This document shows positions 1 to 8,975 of a stretch of 32,000 nucleotides of DNA, piece after piece. A program made the position numbers and the translations under genes. This DNA is from Exiguobacterium mexicanum. Lineage in GTDB: Bacteria; Bacillota; Bacilli; Exiguobacteriales; Exiguobacteriaceae. Every line of letters begins with the position of its first letter. The first letter of the stretch is position 1. Where the stretch lies: the NCBI RefSeq assembly GCF_025234665.1, contig NZ_JANIEH010000005.1; one strand, 5' to 3'. The notes below the pieces were generated by a model that made no database searches, was not told the origin of the DNA, and was given only the letters and a program-made list of their open reading frames with translations.

Positions 1-271
1 CGTCGCGCGTCAGCATGTCCGCCGTCTCGGCCATGAAGTGGACGCCACAAAAGACGATGAATTCGGCCTCGTTCATCTGTTCGGCGAGCCGTGCGAGCTG
101 GAGCGAATCGCCGGTCGCGTCCGCGAACTGGACGACCTCGTCCTTTTGATAATGGTGGGCCGGTAAAAACAGGCGGCTGCCTAGCCGTGCCTTGATGGCT
201 TCTATTCGTTGTTCCATCTGTTCAACCGTCAAATCAGCGTATAGCGCTGGCATCGTTCCGAGTAACTGCAT
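1..271 (-). CDS. nadA: quinolinate synthase NadA, N-terminal ~90 codons (gene runs off left edge)
   Basis: Own translation of the minus strand from ATG 271..269 gives [110 protein letters not shown] and [12 protein letters not shown] are NadA hallmarks. It is last in the nadB-nadC-nadA order, as in Bacillus. It is absent from the ORF track because there is no stop inside the window. Confidence 0.85.
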   Translation of the reverse strand, partial: MQLLGTMPALYADLTVEQMEQRIEAIKARLGSRLFLPAHHYQKDEVVQFADATGDSLQLARLAEQMNEAEFIVFCGVHFMAETADMLTRD

Positions 272-1109
272 GTTTGATTCCTCCTACGAGATTTAAACTA
301 CAATCGAGCGCCGTCACCGAATGGGTCAACTGCCCGATTGAGATGACGTCGACGCCCGTACCGCGATACGAGGCGATCGTCTCGACGGTGATGCCGCCTG
401 ACGCCTCCGTCTTGATATGACTTGGGACGAGCGCGCGCCACGCCTTCAGTTCTTCTGGCGTCCGGTTATCGAACATGATGATGTCGGCGTTCGCCTTGAT
501 TGCCTCATGCAACTGTTCGAGCGTCTCGACCTCGACTTCAATCGGCGTCGTATGACCGGCCAGCGTCCGGGCCCGGGCGACCGCGTTCGTGATCCCACCG
601 AGTGCCGTGATGTGGTTGTCTTTAATCATGACGGCATCGTCGAGCCGGAGCCGGTGGTTCTTCCCACCACCCGAACGGACGGCATGCTTCTCGAGCATGC
701 GAAGTCCTGGTGTCGTCTTACGCGTATCGGTGACGGCGATCGTCGGGTCGGCGAGTCGTTCGACGCAGCGCCGCGTCATCGTGGCAATCCCGCTCAAATG
801 TTGGACGAGGTTCAACAGCACTCGTTCCGTCTCGAGGAGCGTCCGTGTCTTGCCCCGCAACGTGAACAGTTCATCCCCGGTTGAGACAACCGTGCCGTCG
901 GGCAGGCATGACTCGACGACGAGACGTTGCATCTGGGCCAGCTCCAGGACGACGTCCATGCCACAGAACACCCCATCCATTTTGGCGGTGACCGTGGCGA
1001 ATGACATCTCGCGCTGATCGATTAGTCCGCTCGAAATATCGCCGAAGCCGATGTCCTCATGTAGAAATGCCGTCAGCTGTTCGCGCAAAGCGATCTTGTT
1101 CATAACCAT
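234..1109 (-). CDS. nadC: nicotinate-nucleotide pyrophosphorylase (quinolinate phosphoribosyltransferase)
   Basis: 291-aa ORF. The N-terminus [16 protein letters not shown] and the core [40 protein letters not shown] are typical of the QPRTase family. It lies between nadB and nadA, and both ends overlap the neighbouring genes. Confidence 0.95.
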   Translation of the reverse strand: MVMNKIALREQLTAFLHEDIGFGDISSGLIDQREMSFATVTAKMDGVFCGMDVVLELAQMQRLVVESCLPDGTVVSTGDELFTLRGKTRTLLETERVLLNLVQHLSGIATMTRRCVERLADPTIAVTDTRKTTPGLRMLEKHAVRSGGGKNHRLRLDDAVMIKDNHITALGGITNAVARARTLAGHTTPIEVEVETLEQLHEAIKANADIIMFDNRTPEELKAWRALVPSHIKTEASGGITVETIASYRGTGVDVISIGQLTHSVTALDCSLNLVGGIKHAVTRNDASAIR

Positions 1110-2490
1110 CCTCCGTCCTCATCATGGCGCGGGCCAAAAGCCGTGCCGCTTCTAAACTCAATGTCTGTTCACTTAATTGTCTTGTCACGTGTTTCGTCCG
1201 TGGCAGTTGTTGGGTATTTTCTAAGAAACTTACGATTTTGCCGAGTTGCGGCGAGATTGTCAGCCATTCCCCAATCTGTTGCCGATAGCGGCCGAACAGA
1301 TCCACCGACACTTCAAACGCGGTCGTCTCGTTCACCGTGAACGGCTTCTCCTCCACCGTCATCGCCGCCGCCACCCGCTTCCCGAACACCCAGCATTCGA
1401 GTAACGAGTTTGACGCGAGTCGATTCTTCCCATGGATGCCCGTATCGGCGACCTCACCGACCGCGTACAGTCCTTCGACCGTCGTTCGGCCAAAGGCATC
1501 GACGTCGACACCGCCCATATGGAAATGTAGTCCCGGCCGGACCGGGATGCGTCGGACATCGATGCCGTGCGTGGCACATGTCGCCACCAGCTTCGGGAAC
1601 CGCTCATCGAGCCGTTCGACACGGCTCGTATCCAAATACACCGGTCCCGTATGGTTCGTGAGCGTTCGTGCGACCTCATCCCTCGGGGCGAGACTGCCGA
1701 GCGGATGTTGTCCCATCACATGCTTCCCAGACGTATCGACGAGCGTGGCTCCAGCCCCGCGCAACGCTTCCGTCACGAGATGGGGTGAATCGATTGCGAG
1801 CAGCGTCGGATGAAACTGAATCCGGGACAAGTTCGTCAGCCGTGCCCCGACCGCTTCCGCCAAGACGAGCCCGTCTCCTGTGACCGAGCGACAATTCGAC
1901 GTCCAATCGATCAAACCGCCGATGCCACCGGTCGCCAAGACGACGGCCCCGGCCTGAACGTGGAGGCGCGTCTCCCCGTTGAAACCGGTCGCCCCGCTCA
2001 CACGGCCATCGCTTTTCGTCAACGCATCGATCAAGACGTGCTCCATGACGGTCACATTGTCCGGCAGTTGACGCCGCAGCGTCGCCATCACGTGCCGTCC
2101 CGTCTCATCGCCCCCGACGTGAAAGATTCGATTCAAACCGTGGGCGCCTTCCCGACCGACCGCATAACCTGTCGCGTCGCGGTCGAAGACGACGCCGAAC
2201 CGCTCCAGCTCTTGAATCGCCGTCCGCCCTTCCTCGACGAGTGTATAAACACGCTCGGGCACGGCCGCGAGTTTCGAGGCGACGAGCGTATCCCGCTCAT
2301 GGTCGACGCTCGACGGTTCCAAGTACGAACTCGCGATGCCACCCTGAGCCAAGTCCGAGTTCGCACTCGTCACTTCATGTTTGGCGACGAGCAGGACGTT
2401 CAACGTCCGGGGCAGATGGAGGGCGACCGTCACGGCGGCCAGGCCGGCCCCGATAATCAAAACATCGACCTGTTCAAACTGTAAAGACAT
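1057..2490 (-). CDS. nadB: L-aspartate oxidase
   Basis: 477-aa ORF. It has the N-terminal FAD-binding motif VDVLIIGAGLAAVT, plus FHMGGVDVD and GEVADTGIHGKNRLASNSLLE, typical of the aspartate oxidase/fumarate reductase flavoprotein family. SD AGGTGAT lies upstream of ATG 2490. It is the first gene of nadBCA. Confidence 0.95.
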   Translation of the reverse strand: MSLQFEQVDVLIIGAGLAAVTVALHLPRTLNVLLVAKHEVTSANSDLAQGGIASSYLEPSSVDHERDTLVASKLAAVPERVYTLVEEGRTAIQELERFGVVFDRDATGYAVGREGAHGLNRIFHVGGDETGRHVMATLRRQLPDNVTVMEHVLIDALTKSDGRVSGATGFNGETRLHVQAGAVVLATGGIGGLIDWTSNCRSVTGDGLVLAEAVGARLTNLSRIQFHPTLLAIDSPHLVTEALRGAGATLVDTSGKHVMGQHPLGSLAPRDEVARTLTNHTGPVYLDTSRVERLDERFPKLVATCATHGIDVRRIPVRPGLHFHMGGVDVDAFGRTTVEGLYAVGEVADTGIHGKNRLASNSLLECWVFGKRVAAAMTVEEKPFTVNETTAFEVSVDLFGRYRQQIGEWLTISPQLGKIVSFLENTQQLPRTKHVTRQLSEQTLSLEAARLLARAMMRTEDGYEQDRFARTADGIST

Positions 2491-2586
2491 CTGTATATCA
2501 CCTGTTTTTCATATGTAATGTTGACTTGTAAACTAGTTTCGCATAATTTTGTGAAGAAGACAACATGAGAAAAGGGGAACTTTACG
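2491..2586. promoter_or_regulatory. divergent nadBCA / nifS-niaR control region (candidate NiaR operator)
   Basis: 96-bp AT-rich spacer between divergent start codons. It contains TTGACT (2521-2526) with CATAAT/TAATTT 15-17 nt downstream on the plus strand. An imperfect inverted repeat, ATGTTGAC (2518-2525) and GACAACAT (2559-2566), brackets that promoter. The repressor gene niaR is encoded in the same unit. Confidence 0.4.
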
Positions 2587-3717
2587 ATGAACCGTTACTT
2601 TGATTATGCGGCGACGCACCCGATGACAAAATCCGCCCTTGACCATTACGTCGCCATGGCGCGGAGCGTATACGGTAACCCGTCTTCCCTCCACACGCAC
2701 GGATATATGGCCGAAGATTACTTGACCGAGGCCAGGCGTCTGGTGAAACAGGCCCTCGGGCTCGACATGCTCCGTGGGAAACTGCTCTTCACCGGCAGCG
2801 GCTCGGAGAGCAACTATATCGCGCTGACGAGTCTCCGCAAGCGCATGAAAGGCAGTGAAGTGATCACGTCGTGGCAAGAGCACGACTCTGTCGCCCTCCT
2901 CCTCGACGAATGGGAGGCGGAAGGCGTGACCGTCCATCGCCTGAAACTAAAGGACGGTCGCTTCGACCAGGAGACGTTCACGCGACTGCTCGACCGGGAT
3001 ATCGGGCTCGTGACGTTCCAGCACGTCAACTCTGACACCGGCTGGACGCTGCCGCTCCACAATATCCTCTGCCAATTGAAATATAAGAAAGTGTTGCTCC
3101 ATATCGACGGCGTCCAGGCGCTCGGCAAGATTCCCGTCTCGGTCGACGGGATTGACGCCTACTCGTTCAGCGCCCATAAGGTCGGCGGTCCAAAAGGCGT
3201 AGGCGGCCTCTATATGGAACGACTGTTGCCGCCGCCCTACTATCCGGGACACCATCAGTATGGCATCCGTCCCGGCACGATTGACGTCCCCGGCATCTGC
3301 GCGTTCGTCAAAGCGTTCACCGATCGGCACGAGGCGCGGACACGTCATGAAAGAAATTTCTTGGCGTTTCGTGCTATCTTGAAAGAGAAGACATCGTCTT
3401 ACGTGGACTGGCTCGAGTTCGATCAGCAGAGCCCCGCCATCTTCTCGTTCGTCTCGAATCAGCGGGATGGCCAATGGTGGATGACCGAACTCGACGGGCT
3501 CGGCTTCCAAGTCTCGGCAGGCTCGGCCTGCCGGGCCGGCCAGAACGGACCGAACCGGATGCTCGAGTCACTCGGCTATGAGACGAGCGCCTGCCACGGC
3601 CTCGTCCGCATTTCCTTCGGCGAAGACACGACCGTCGAAGCCACGACGGCACTCGCCGAAGCCATCGTCACTTTAGCAAGGAGAGTTGGATCTTATGAAC
3701 AAACGCTTAGCCGGTGA
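2587..3717 (+). CDS. nifS: cysteine desulfurase (NifS/IscS class V aminotransferase family), NAD-operon associated
   Basis: 376-aa ORF with the PLP-lysine motif SFSAHKVGGPKGVGGLY and the catalytic Cys loop SAGSACRAG. SD AAAGGGGAA lies 7 nt before the ATG. It is divergent from nadBCA and followed by niaR, like the B. subtilis nifS-yrxA pair. Confidence 0.9.
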   Translation: MNRYFDYAATHPMTKSALDHYVAMARSVYGNPSSLHTHGYMAEDYLTEARRLVKQALGLDMLRGKLLFTGSGSESNYIALTSLRKRMKGSEVITSWQEHDSVALLLDEWEAEGVTVHRLKLKDGRFDQETFTRLLDRDIGLVTFQHVNSDTGWTLPLHNILCQLKYKKVLLHIDGVQALGKIPVSVDGIDAYSFSAHKVGGPKGVGGLYMERLLPPPYYPGHHQYGIRPGTIDVPGICAFVKAFTDRHEARTRHERNFLAFRAILKEKTSSYVDWLEFDQQSPAIFSFVSNQRDGQWWMTELDGLGFQVSAGSACRAGQNGPNRMLESLGYETSACHGLVRISFGEDTTVEATTALAEAIVTLARRVGSYEQTLSR

Positions 3718-4234
3718 AGAACGCCGGCGCACGTTACTTGAAATGATTGAACAGAGTTCCGAGCCGATCACCGGCTCTGAGCTCGCCCGCCGCGTCGCCG
3801 TCAGCCGACAAGTCGTCGTCCAAGACTTGTCGCTCTTGAAGGCGAAAGGCCATCAGATCGTCGCGACCGCCCGCGGATACGTCTATCTACCAGGCGAGTC
3901 GTCGCCGTCCGCCTACAGCCGTAAAATCGTCTGTCGTCACGAGGCCGAGGCCATGGAAGCGGAGATGAACGCCATCGTCGACGAAGGCGTCACGATTCGG
4001 GACGTCATCATCGATCACCCGGTTTACGGTTCGTTGACGGGTCAGATGATGGTGAAGAGTCGTCGCGACGTCCGTGCCTTCCTCGAACGAATCGAGGCGA
4101 ATCAGGCCGCCCCGCTGTCGCATTTGACGGGTGGCTTGCATATCCACACGCTCGAGGCCGATAGCGAGGACGCCATCGATGCCGCCGTCTCGGAACTCGA
4201 GCGACTCGGCGTTCTCGTCTCCGAGCTCGACTAA
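3695..4234 (+). CDS. niaR: NAD-biosynthesis transcriptional repressor NiaR (YrxA family; HTH + 3H domain)
   Basis: N-terminal HTH (GSELARRVAVSRQVVVQDLSLLKAKG) and a C-terminal His-bearing 3H-type region (CRHEAE, IIDHPVYGS, GGLHIHTL). SD AAGGAGAG lies 9 nt before ATG 3695. The track start at 3686 is a TTG abutting the SD. Confidence 0.85.
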   Translation: MNKRLAGEERRRTLLEMIEQSSEPITGSELARRVAVSRQVVVQDLSLLKAKGHQIVATARGYVYLPGESSPSAYSRKIVCRHEAEAMEAEMNAIVDEGVTIRDVIIDHPVYGSLTGQMMVKSRRDVRAFLERIEANQAAPLSHLTGGLHIHTLEADSEDAIDAAVSELERLGVLVSELD

Positions 4235-4266
4235 GATGTCACAAATACGTGACATCTTTTCTTTTG
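4234..4266 (+). terminator. rho-independent terminator of nifS-niaR
   Basis: Stem AGATGTCAC (4234-4242), loop AAATAC, stem GTGACATCT (4249-4257), followed by TTTTCTTTTG. It starts at the niaR stop codon. Confidence 0.8.
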
Positions 4267-4338
4267 CTTTCGGCTCATGTCCGTTATACTGATGGATGGA
4301 ACAAAGACCGTACAAAATTTGGAAAGGAGGGGACGGTC

Positions 4339-4920
4339 ATGTGGCATTTCTTTGAACAACTGTTGCTCGGTTGCGGCGTCTTCAGCGTCCCGCTCGGCAT
4401 CTTCATTCAATTCATCCCGAACGAGCTCGTGCTCGCCTACGGCGGCCATTTGATTGGTTCTCTCGACGTCTCGTTCCTGCTCGTCTTCCTCCTCGCGTGG
4501 TCGGCGTTCGTCCTCAGTCAAGTCATTCTCTATTGGATTGGCCGCTATGGCGGTCGTCCTGTCGCCCTTCGGCTCTATAAGTCATTTCGGATCAGTGAAG
4601 CGAAGCAACAACGCGCCGAGACGTGGTTCGAGACATATGGCGCCTGGATCGTCTGTCTGAGCGTCATTTGGCGCCAGCTGTTCGCCGTCAGCGCCGGCGT
4701 CATGCGCTTGTCATTCCGGAAGTTTTTGACGGTGACCGTTATCGTCTTCGGCGTCTGGTCGTTTGTGTTCGTCAAACTCGGGATGATGCTCGGCAGCAAT
4801 TGGCGTCACATCGGCGAAGTCACCCACGGGTTCTTGCCGTATGTCGCCATCGGCGTCGGACTGTATGCCTTCATCCGCTATATCCGCGCAAATCCGCGTC
4901 TATTTAAAAAGTCAGCCTGA
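4339..4920 (+). CDS. DedA/SNARE-associated family membrane protein (by-eye assignment)
   Basis: Multi-TM protein with a DedA-like core: IGRYGGRPVALRLYK...AETWFETYGAWIVCLS...AGVMRLSFRKFL...GVWSFVFVKLG. SD GGAAAGGAGGGG lies 6 nt before ATG 4339. The track's earlier start at 4249 lies inside the upstream terminator hairpin. Confidence 0.7.
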   Translation: MWHFFEQLLLGCGVFSVPLGIFIQFIPNELVLAYGGHLIGSLDVSFLLVFLLAWSAFVLSQVILYWIGRYGGRPVALRLYKSFRISEAKQQRAETWFETYGAWIVCLSVIWRQLFAVSAGVMRLSFRKFLTVTVIVFGVWSFVFVKLGMMLGSNWRHIGEVTHGFLPYVAIGVGLYAFIRYIRANPRLFKKSA

Positions 4921-4947
4921 GCAGATTCGCTCGAGCTGACTTTTTTG
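4906..4947 (+). terminator. rho-independent terminator after the DedA-like gene
   Basis: AAAAA-GTCAGCCTGAGC-AGATTC-GCTCGAGCTGAC-TTTTTTG. The interrupted stem overlaps the TGA stop at 4918-4920. Confidence 0.75.
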
Positions 4948-5045
4948 AATAGAGGGAAAAACAGATTCGGTACCGAATTAAGAACAGTGAGGAAAGCGTT
5001 TTTTTTCTCGGAATAGAGATTACCACCTTCAAAGGAGGAATTACC

Positions 5046-5822
5046 ATGTTCCATCGTCGAAAAACGTATACCATCCGTCCTGAACGCTTAGAAGAATTCA
5101 CCGAGTTTTTTCATACATACCTGTATCCGATTCAGGTATCGCACGGCGCCCGTCTCGTCGGTCGTTGGGTGACCGAAGACAAAGACGAGGTCATGGCCCT
5201 CTGGGAATATCGTGACCGCCAGCATTACGAACAAGTCGAACGTGATTACCGCTCGAGCAGTCTCCGCCGCGAGGCGATGAAGAAGCGGGCCCGTCTCGGT
5301 AAAGATTTATATATTAAGTCGAGCGAGGAGTTCATGATGCCGACCGGTCACTACACACCGCCGCGCACGATCGTCTCCGTGACGGCTTACGTCACGAACG
5401 CCGACGGCGAGGTACTCCTCGTCCAGAACACACACCGGAACGATACGTATGAGATGCCGGGCGGACAAGTCGAGGAACATGAATCGATCGTCGACGCCGT
5501 GCATCGCGAAGTGAGAGAAGAGACCGGGATTGAGATTGAGGTCGACGGGATCACCGGCATCTATCAAAACGTGTCCTCCCGCGTGCTCTGTGTCACGTTC
5601 CGTGCCCGCTACGTCTCGGGTGACCTGCAACCGCAAGAAGGCGAGACGCAAGAAGTCGGCTTCTTCAAAGTCGACGCCTCGAACGTCGGCGACTATATCA
5701 AGCGCGAACATTTCCAGATGCGCCTGCTTGACGCGATCGACCCGACGTATATGCCGCACGCCATCTATAAAGTTCGCCCATATGAGCTGCTCGAACGCGT
5801 CGAGCGCCATCATACCGTATAA
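5046..5822 (+). CDS. NIPSNAP-like domain fused to a Nudix hydrolase
   Basis: 258-aa ORF with SD AAAGGAGGAA 6 nt before the ATG. The N-terminal ~95 aa (TYTIRPERLEEFTEFF...GARLVGRWVTEDKDEVMALWEYRDRQHYEQ) follow the NIPSNAP/dimeric alpha-beta barrel pattern. The C-terminal half carries a canonical Nudix box, GGQVEEHESIVDAVHREVREETGIEI. Confidence 0.85.
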   Translation: MFHRRKTYTIRPERLEEFTEFFHTYLYPIQVSHGARLVGRWVTEDKDEVMALWEYRDRQHYEQVERDYRSSSLRREAMKKRARLGKDLYIKSSEEFMMPTGHYTPPRTIVSVTAYVTNADGEVLLVQNTHRNDTYEMPGGQVEEHESIVDAVHREVREETGIEIEVDGITGIYQNVSSRVLCVTFRARYVSGDLQPQEGETQEVGFFKVDASNVGDYIKREHFQMRLLDAIDPTYMPHAIYKVRPYELLERVERHHTV

Positions 5823-5825
5823 ACA

Positions 5826-5859
5826 AAAGGAGGGACCGCCGGTTGGCGGTCCCTCCTTT
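5826..5859. terminator. bidirectional terminator between convergent genes
   Basis: Perfect 15-bp stem AAAGGAGGGACCGCC / GGCGGTCCCTCCTTT with loop GGTT, A/T-flanked on both sides. It sits between the Nudix gene (+) and the CNNM gene (-). Confidence 0.85.
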
Positions 5860-5865
5860 GTTCGT

Positions 5866-7152
5866 TTACGCTTGTTCCGCCGATTCGGATTGACCCGTCT
5901 CGACGAGCAACTTGCGAATCCGACGCTTTTCGACGTGGAGAACGGTGAACGTCATGTCCTCATACGTGACACGCGCACCTTTCTCTGGAATGTCTCCTAA
6001 CAGTTCGACGATCCAACCACCCATCGTGTTGGCATCTACTTCAGGTTCTTTAATTCCCATCTCATCCGCAAACTCATCGACATCCATGTCGGCCATACAC
6101 TCGTAGACGCCATCACGGAGTCGTTTGAGATAGACGATGGACTCATCGTGCTCATCCCAAATGTCTCCGACGAGCTCCTCGAGCATGTCTTCGAGTGTGA
6201 TCAGGCCGGCCGTCCCACCGAACTCGTCGAGGACGATCGCCATGTGCGATTGTTTTTGCTGGAGTACAGGAAGCAGTTCAATCAACTTTGTCTGCGGTGA
6301 TACGTATGTGAGCGGACGAATGAGCGAACGGACGTCCGTCACTTCATCCCGCATCATCGAACGAAGGAAATCACGTTCTGACAACACCCCGATGACGTTG
6401 TCAATCGAGTCTTTATATACCGGTAGACGAGAATGTCCACCGCTAAAGATTGTGTCTTTGATTTCTTCGAGCGTATCGTCGATGTCGACGGCGAGGATAT
6501 CAATCCGCGGCGTCAACACATCGTCGACCGTGATGTCATTAAAGGCGAAGGCGCTATGCACGAGTTCCGCTTCGGTCTCGCCGAGCACCCCTTCTTCTTC
6601 TCCCATATCAACGAGCACTTTCAACTCTTCTTCCGTCACCGACGGTTCTTTGTCGTTCATCCCGATCATACGGAGTACGAGCTTCTTCAAGCCAGTGAAA
6701 ATCATCGTCACCGGTTTCAAGACTTTGACGAGGAACAACAAGATGCCGCTGATGAGAAGCGAATACTTCTCGGCGAACTCTTTCGCGAGCGATTTCGGTA
6801 AAATCTCACCGAAAATCAAGATGATGACGGTCGTCGCGAACGTCGAGATGACGAGGCCGGTCCCGCCCGAGTAAATACTCGTGGCGATGGCCGTCGAGAC
6901 GGTCGCCGCCCCGATGTTGACGATGTTGTTCCCGACGAGAATCGTCGAGAGCGTATCGTCGAAGCGGTCGACGAGATGAAGGACACGCTTGGCGCCCTTG
7001 TCCCCGTCTTCCGACATGCGAATCATCCGGACGCGGTTCACGCTCGAGAGCGCGGTCTCGGCAGAAGAGAAAAAGGCTGACAACATAACTAAAACTACGT
7101 AAAGAATCAAACTAGACGAGGGCACAGGGTCCACGTTTACTTCACACTCCAT
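5866..7152 (-). CDS. CNNM/HlyC-CorC family transporter (DUF21 - CBS pair - CorC_HlyC)
   Basis: 428-aa ORF. It has the N-terminal DUF21 membrane domain (LSAFFSSAETALSSVNRVRM), then a CBS-pair region, then a CorC-type C-terminus (GGWIVELLGDIPEKGARVTYEDMTFTVLHVEKRRIRKLLV). It lies only 16 nt downstream of obg. The start codon is uncertain because of poor SD spacing. Confidence 0.9.
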   Translation of the reverse strand: MECEVNVDPVPSSSLILYVVLVMLSAFFSSAETALSSVNRVRMIRMSEDGDKGAKRVLHLVDRFDDTLSTILVGNNIVNIGAATVSTAIATSIYSGGTGLVISTFATTVIILIFGEILPKSLAKEFAEKYSLLISGILLFLVKVLKPVTMIFTGLKKLVLRMIGMNDKEPSVTEEELKVLVDMGEEEGVLGETEAELVHSAFAFNDITVDDVLTPRIDILAVDIDDTLEEIKDTIFSGGHSRLPVYKDSIDNVIGVLSERDFLRSMMRDEVTDVRSLIRPLTYVSPQTKLIELLPVLQQKQSHMAIVLDEFGGTAGLITLEDMLEELVGDIWDEHDESIVYLKRLRDGVYECMADMDVDEFADEMGIKEPEVDANTMGGWIVELLGDIPEKGARVTYEDMTFTVLHVEKRRIRKLLVETGQSESAEQA

Positions 7153-7168
7153 TTCCTAATTAAAAAGA

Positions 7169-8458
7169 TTATTCGACGAATTCGAATTCAAAGTCCAAGA
7201 TGGCGACGACGCTGCCGTCTTCGGCACCTAACTTGCGAAGGTCGTCATCGACGCCCATTTGACGCATTTGACGCGCGAAGCGTTTGATCGACTCATCATG
7301 GTCGAAGTTCGTCATCTTGAAGAGCTTCTCGATACGAGGCCCCGTGATCACGAAGCGATCGTAGTCATCAATATGAATCTGATACCCCTTCTCTTCCTTC
7401 TCGTAACGATAAACGACACGTGGTGTGGCCGTCTTCTCTTCGAGCTCTTCGAGTGGGAACTCAGGTGTCGAGTCGACAAGATTAGCTACTTCGATGAGCA
7501 GGTTGCGAAGTCCTTCTTTGGCGAGTGCCGAGATCGGGAAGACTTTGACGTCATCTCCGATTTTCTTCTGGAACTCCTCAAGTAATTCCTGCGCATCCGG
7601 CATGTCCATCTTGTTGGCGACGACGATTTGCGGACGCTCGAGGAGACGTAAGTTGTACGACTCGAGCTCGCGGTTGATCGTCGTGTAGTCTTCGAACGGG
7701 TCGCGCCCTTCCATGCCGCTCATATCGATCATGTGGACGATGACTTTTGTCCGCTCGATGTGACGCAAGAATTGGTGACCGAGGCCGACGCCTTGGCTCG
7801 CCCCTTCGATGAGTCCCGGAAGATCGGCCATGACGAAGTCACGGTCGTCCGCCGTCTTGACAACACCGAGGTTCGGTGTGATCGTCGTGAAGTGGTACGC
7901 GCCGATTTTCGGGCGTGCCGACGAGACGACTGACAAGAGCGTCGATTTCCCGACTGACGGGAATCCGACAAGACCGACGTCAGCGAGCAATTTCAACTCA
8001 AGACGCAATTCGCGCTCTTGACCTGGCTCCCCGTTCTCGGCGATCTCTGGTGCCGGGTTAGATGGCGTCGCAAAACGACAGTTCCCGCGGCCCCCACGTC
8101 CACCTTTGGCGATCGTGGCCCGTTGGCCGTGCTCGGTAAGGTCGGCGATGACCGTATCTGTTTGTGCATCGAACACGATCGTACCTGGTGGGACTTTGAC
8201 GACGAGCGGCTTCGCTTTTCGTCCGTGCATGCCTTTCGACATCCCTTTTTCACCATCATGGGCGATGAACTTTTTCGAGAATCGGAAATCAACGAGTGTA
8301 CGCAATCCCTCTTCTACTTCGAAGACGACGTCACCACCGTGACCTCCGTCTCCTCCTGCTGGTCCACCGTCTGGAACATACTTCTCGCGGCGGAACGCAA
8401 CCATCCCTTTACCGCCGTCTCCAGCTTTTACAAAAATATTAACCTGATCGACAAACAT
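7169..8458 (-). CDS. obg: GTPase Obg/CgtA
   Basis: 429 aa. It has the Obg fold N-terminus [46 protein letters not shown], the G domain ([24 protein letters not shown]) and a C-terminal OCT/TGS-like domain. SD AAGGAGGGGAA is present. Confidence 0.97.
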   Translation of the reverse strand: MFVDQVNIFVKAGDGGKGMVAFRREKYVPDGGPAGGDGGHGGDVVFEVEEGLRTLVDFRFSKKFIAHDGEKGMSKGMHGRKAKPLVVKVPPGTIVFDAQTDTVIADLTEHGQRATIAKGGRGGRGNCRFATPSNPAPEIAENGEPGQERELRLELKLLADVGLVGFPSVGKSTLLSVVSSARPKIGAYHFTTITPNLGVVKTADDRDFVMADLPGLIEGASQGVGLGHQFLRHIERTKVIVHMIDMSGMEGRDPFEDYTTINRELESYNLRLLERPQIVVANKMDMPDAQELLEEFQKKIGDDVKVFPISALAKEGLRNLLIEVANLVDSTPEFPLEELEEKTATPRVVYRYEKEEKGYQIHIDDYDRFVITGPRIEKLFKMTNFDHDESIKRFARQMRQMGVDDDLRKLGAEDGSVVAILDFEFEFVE

Positions 8459-8900
8459 TTAATTCCCCTCCTTTATAACGAACGTAGAACATTCTACTGT
8501 TTGCTCGTACACTTCATCTGACGTGAACACGTCGTCCGGTACGTGACCGAAGACGCGGACCATCAGTCCATCCGTGAACGTCACATGAATCGGTCCATCC
8601 GTTCCTGACAGAAGACGGACAAGCTTGTCCGCCACGCGCGTGTCGTCTAGCGACACGCGGTCGGCCGATACCTTATAGGTCAACCGCCCTTCCCAGTTCG
8701 CTTGCATGAGGACGAGACTCGTCGTCGGCATGTCCAAGCGAATGAGCGCACTCTCCTCGTCGGCGTGCTGACGATATCGCTCGTACAGCTCCTCAAGTTT
8801 TTTCAGGCTCGAGCGCCGCGTACAAGGAGATCATCTGAAGCCGATTCATCCATTCGTGACGGACGGTCGATAATAGTTTCAGTGCTGCTTGTGGGTTCAT
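8459..8900 (-). pseudogene. spo0B: Spo0B-like histidine phosphotransferase gene split by a frameshift at an A6 run
   Basis: ATG 8900 (SD GGAGAGG) opens MNPQAALKLLSTVRHEWMNRLQMISLYAALEPEKT*, with the stop at 8795..8793. A second frame continues ..LKKLEELYERYRQHADEESALIRLDMPTTSLVLMQANWEGRLTYKV.. to the stop abutting obg; this is the track ORF 8459..8737. The junction is T6 on the plus strand at 8798-8803. RHEWMNRLQ matches the Spo0B His-box RHDWMNKLQ. The position (rpmA - spo0B - obg) is as in Bacillus. Confidence 0.7.
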
Positions 8901-8924
8901 GCAATCCTCTCCTAGTAAAACTAG

Positions 8925-8960
8925 TAAAAAAGACTCTAACCAAATAAGTGGCTAGAGTCT
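8925..8960 (-). terminator. rho-independent terminator after rpmA
   Basis: The minus strand reads AGACTCTA-GCCACTTATTTGGT-TAGAGTCT followed by TTTTTT. The 8-bp stems lie at 8953-8960 and 8931-8938. Confidence 0.75.
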
Positions 8961-8975
8961 TCTGCGTGGTTCTAC

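Noticed and set aside
4249-4338. Upstream start (GTG 4249) for the DedA-like ORF.
   Set aside because: It begins inside the niaR terminator hairpin and has no SD. ATG 4339 has a strong GGAAAGGAGG SD.
8702-8947. 81-aa plus-strand ORF, plus the 8948-9166 ORF.
   Set aside because: They are antisense to the spo0B-like gene and rpmA respectively. The first also spans the rpmA terminator and has no SD.
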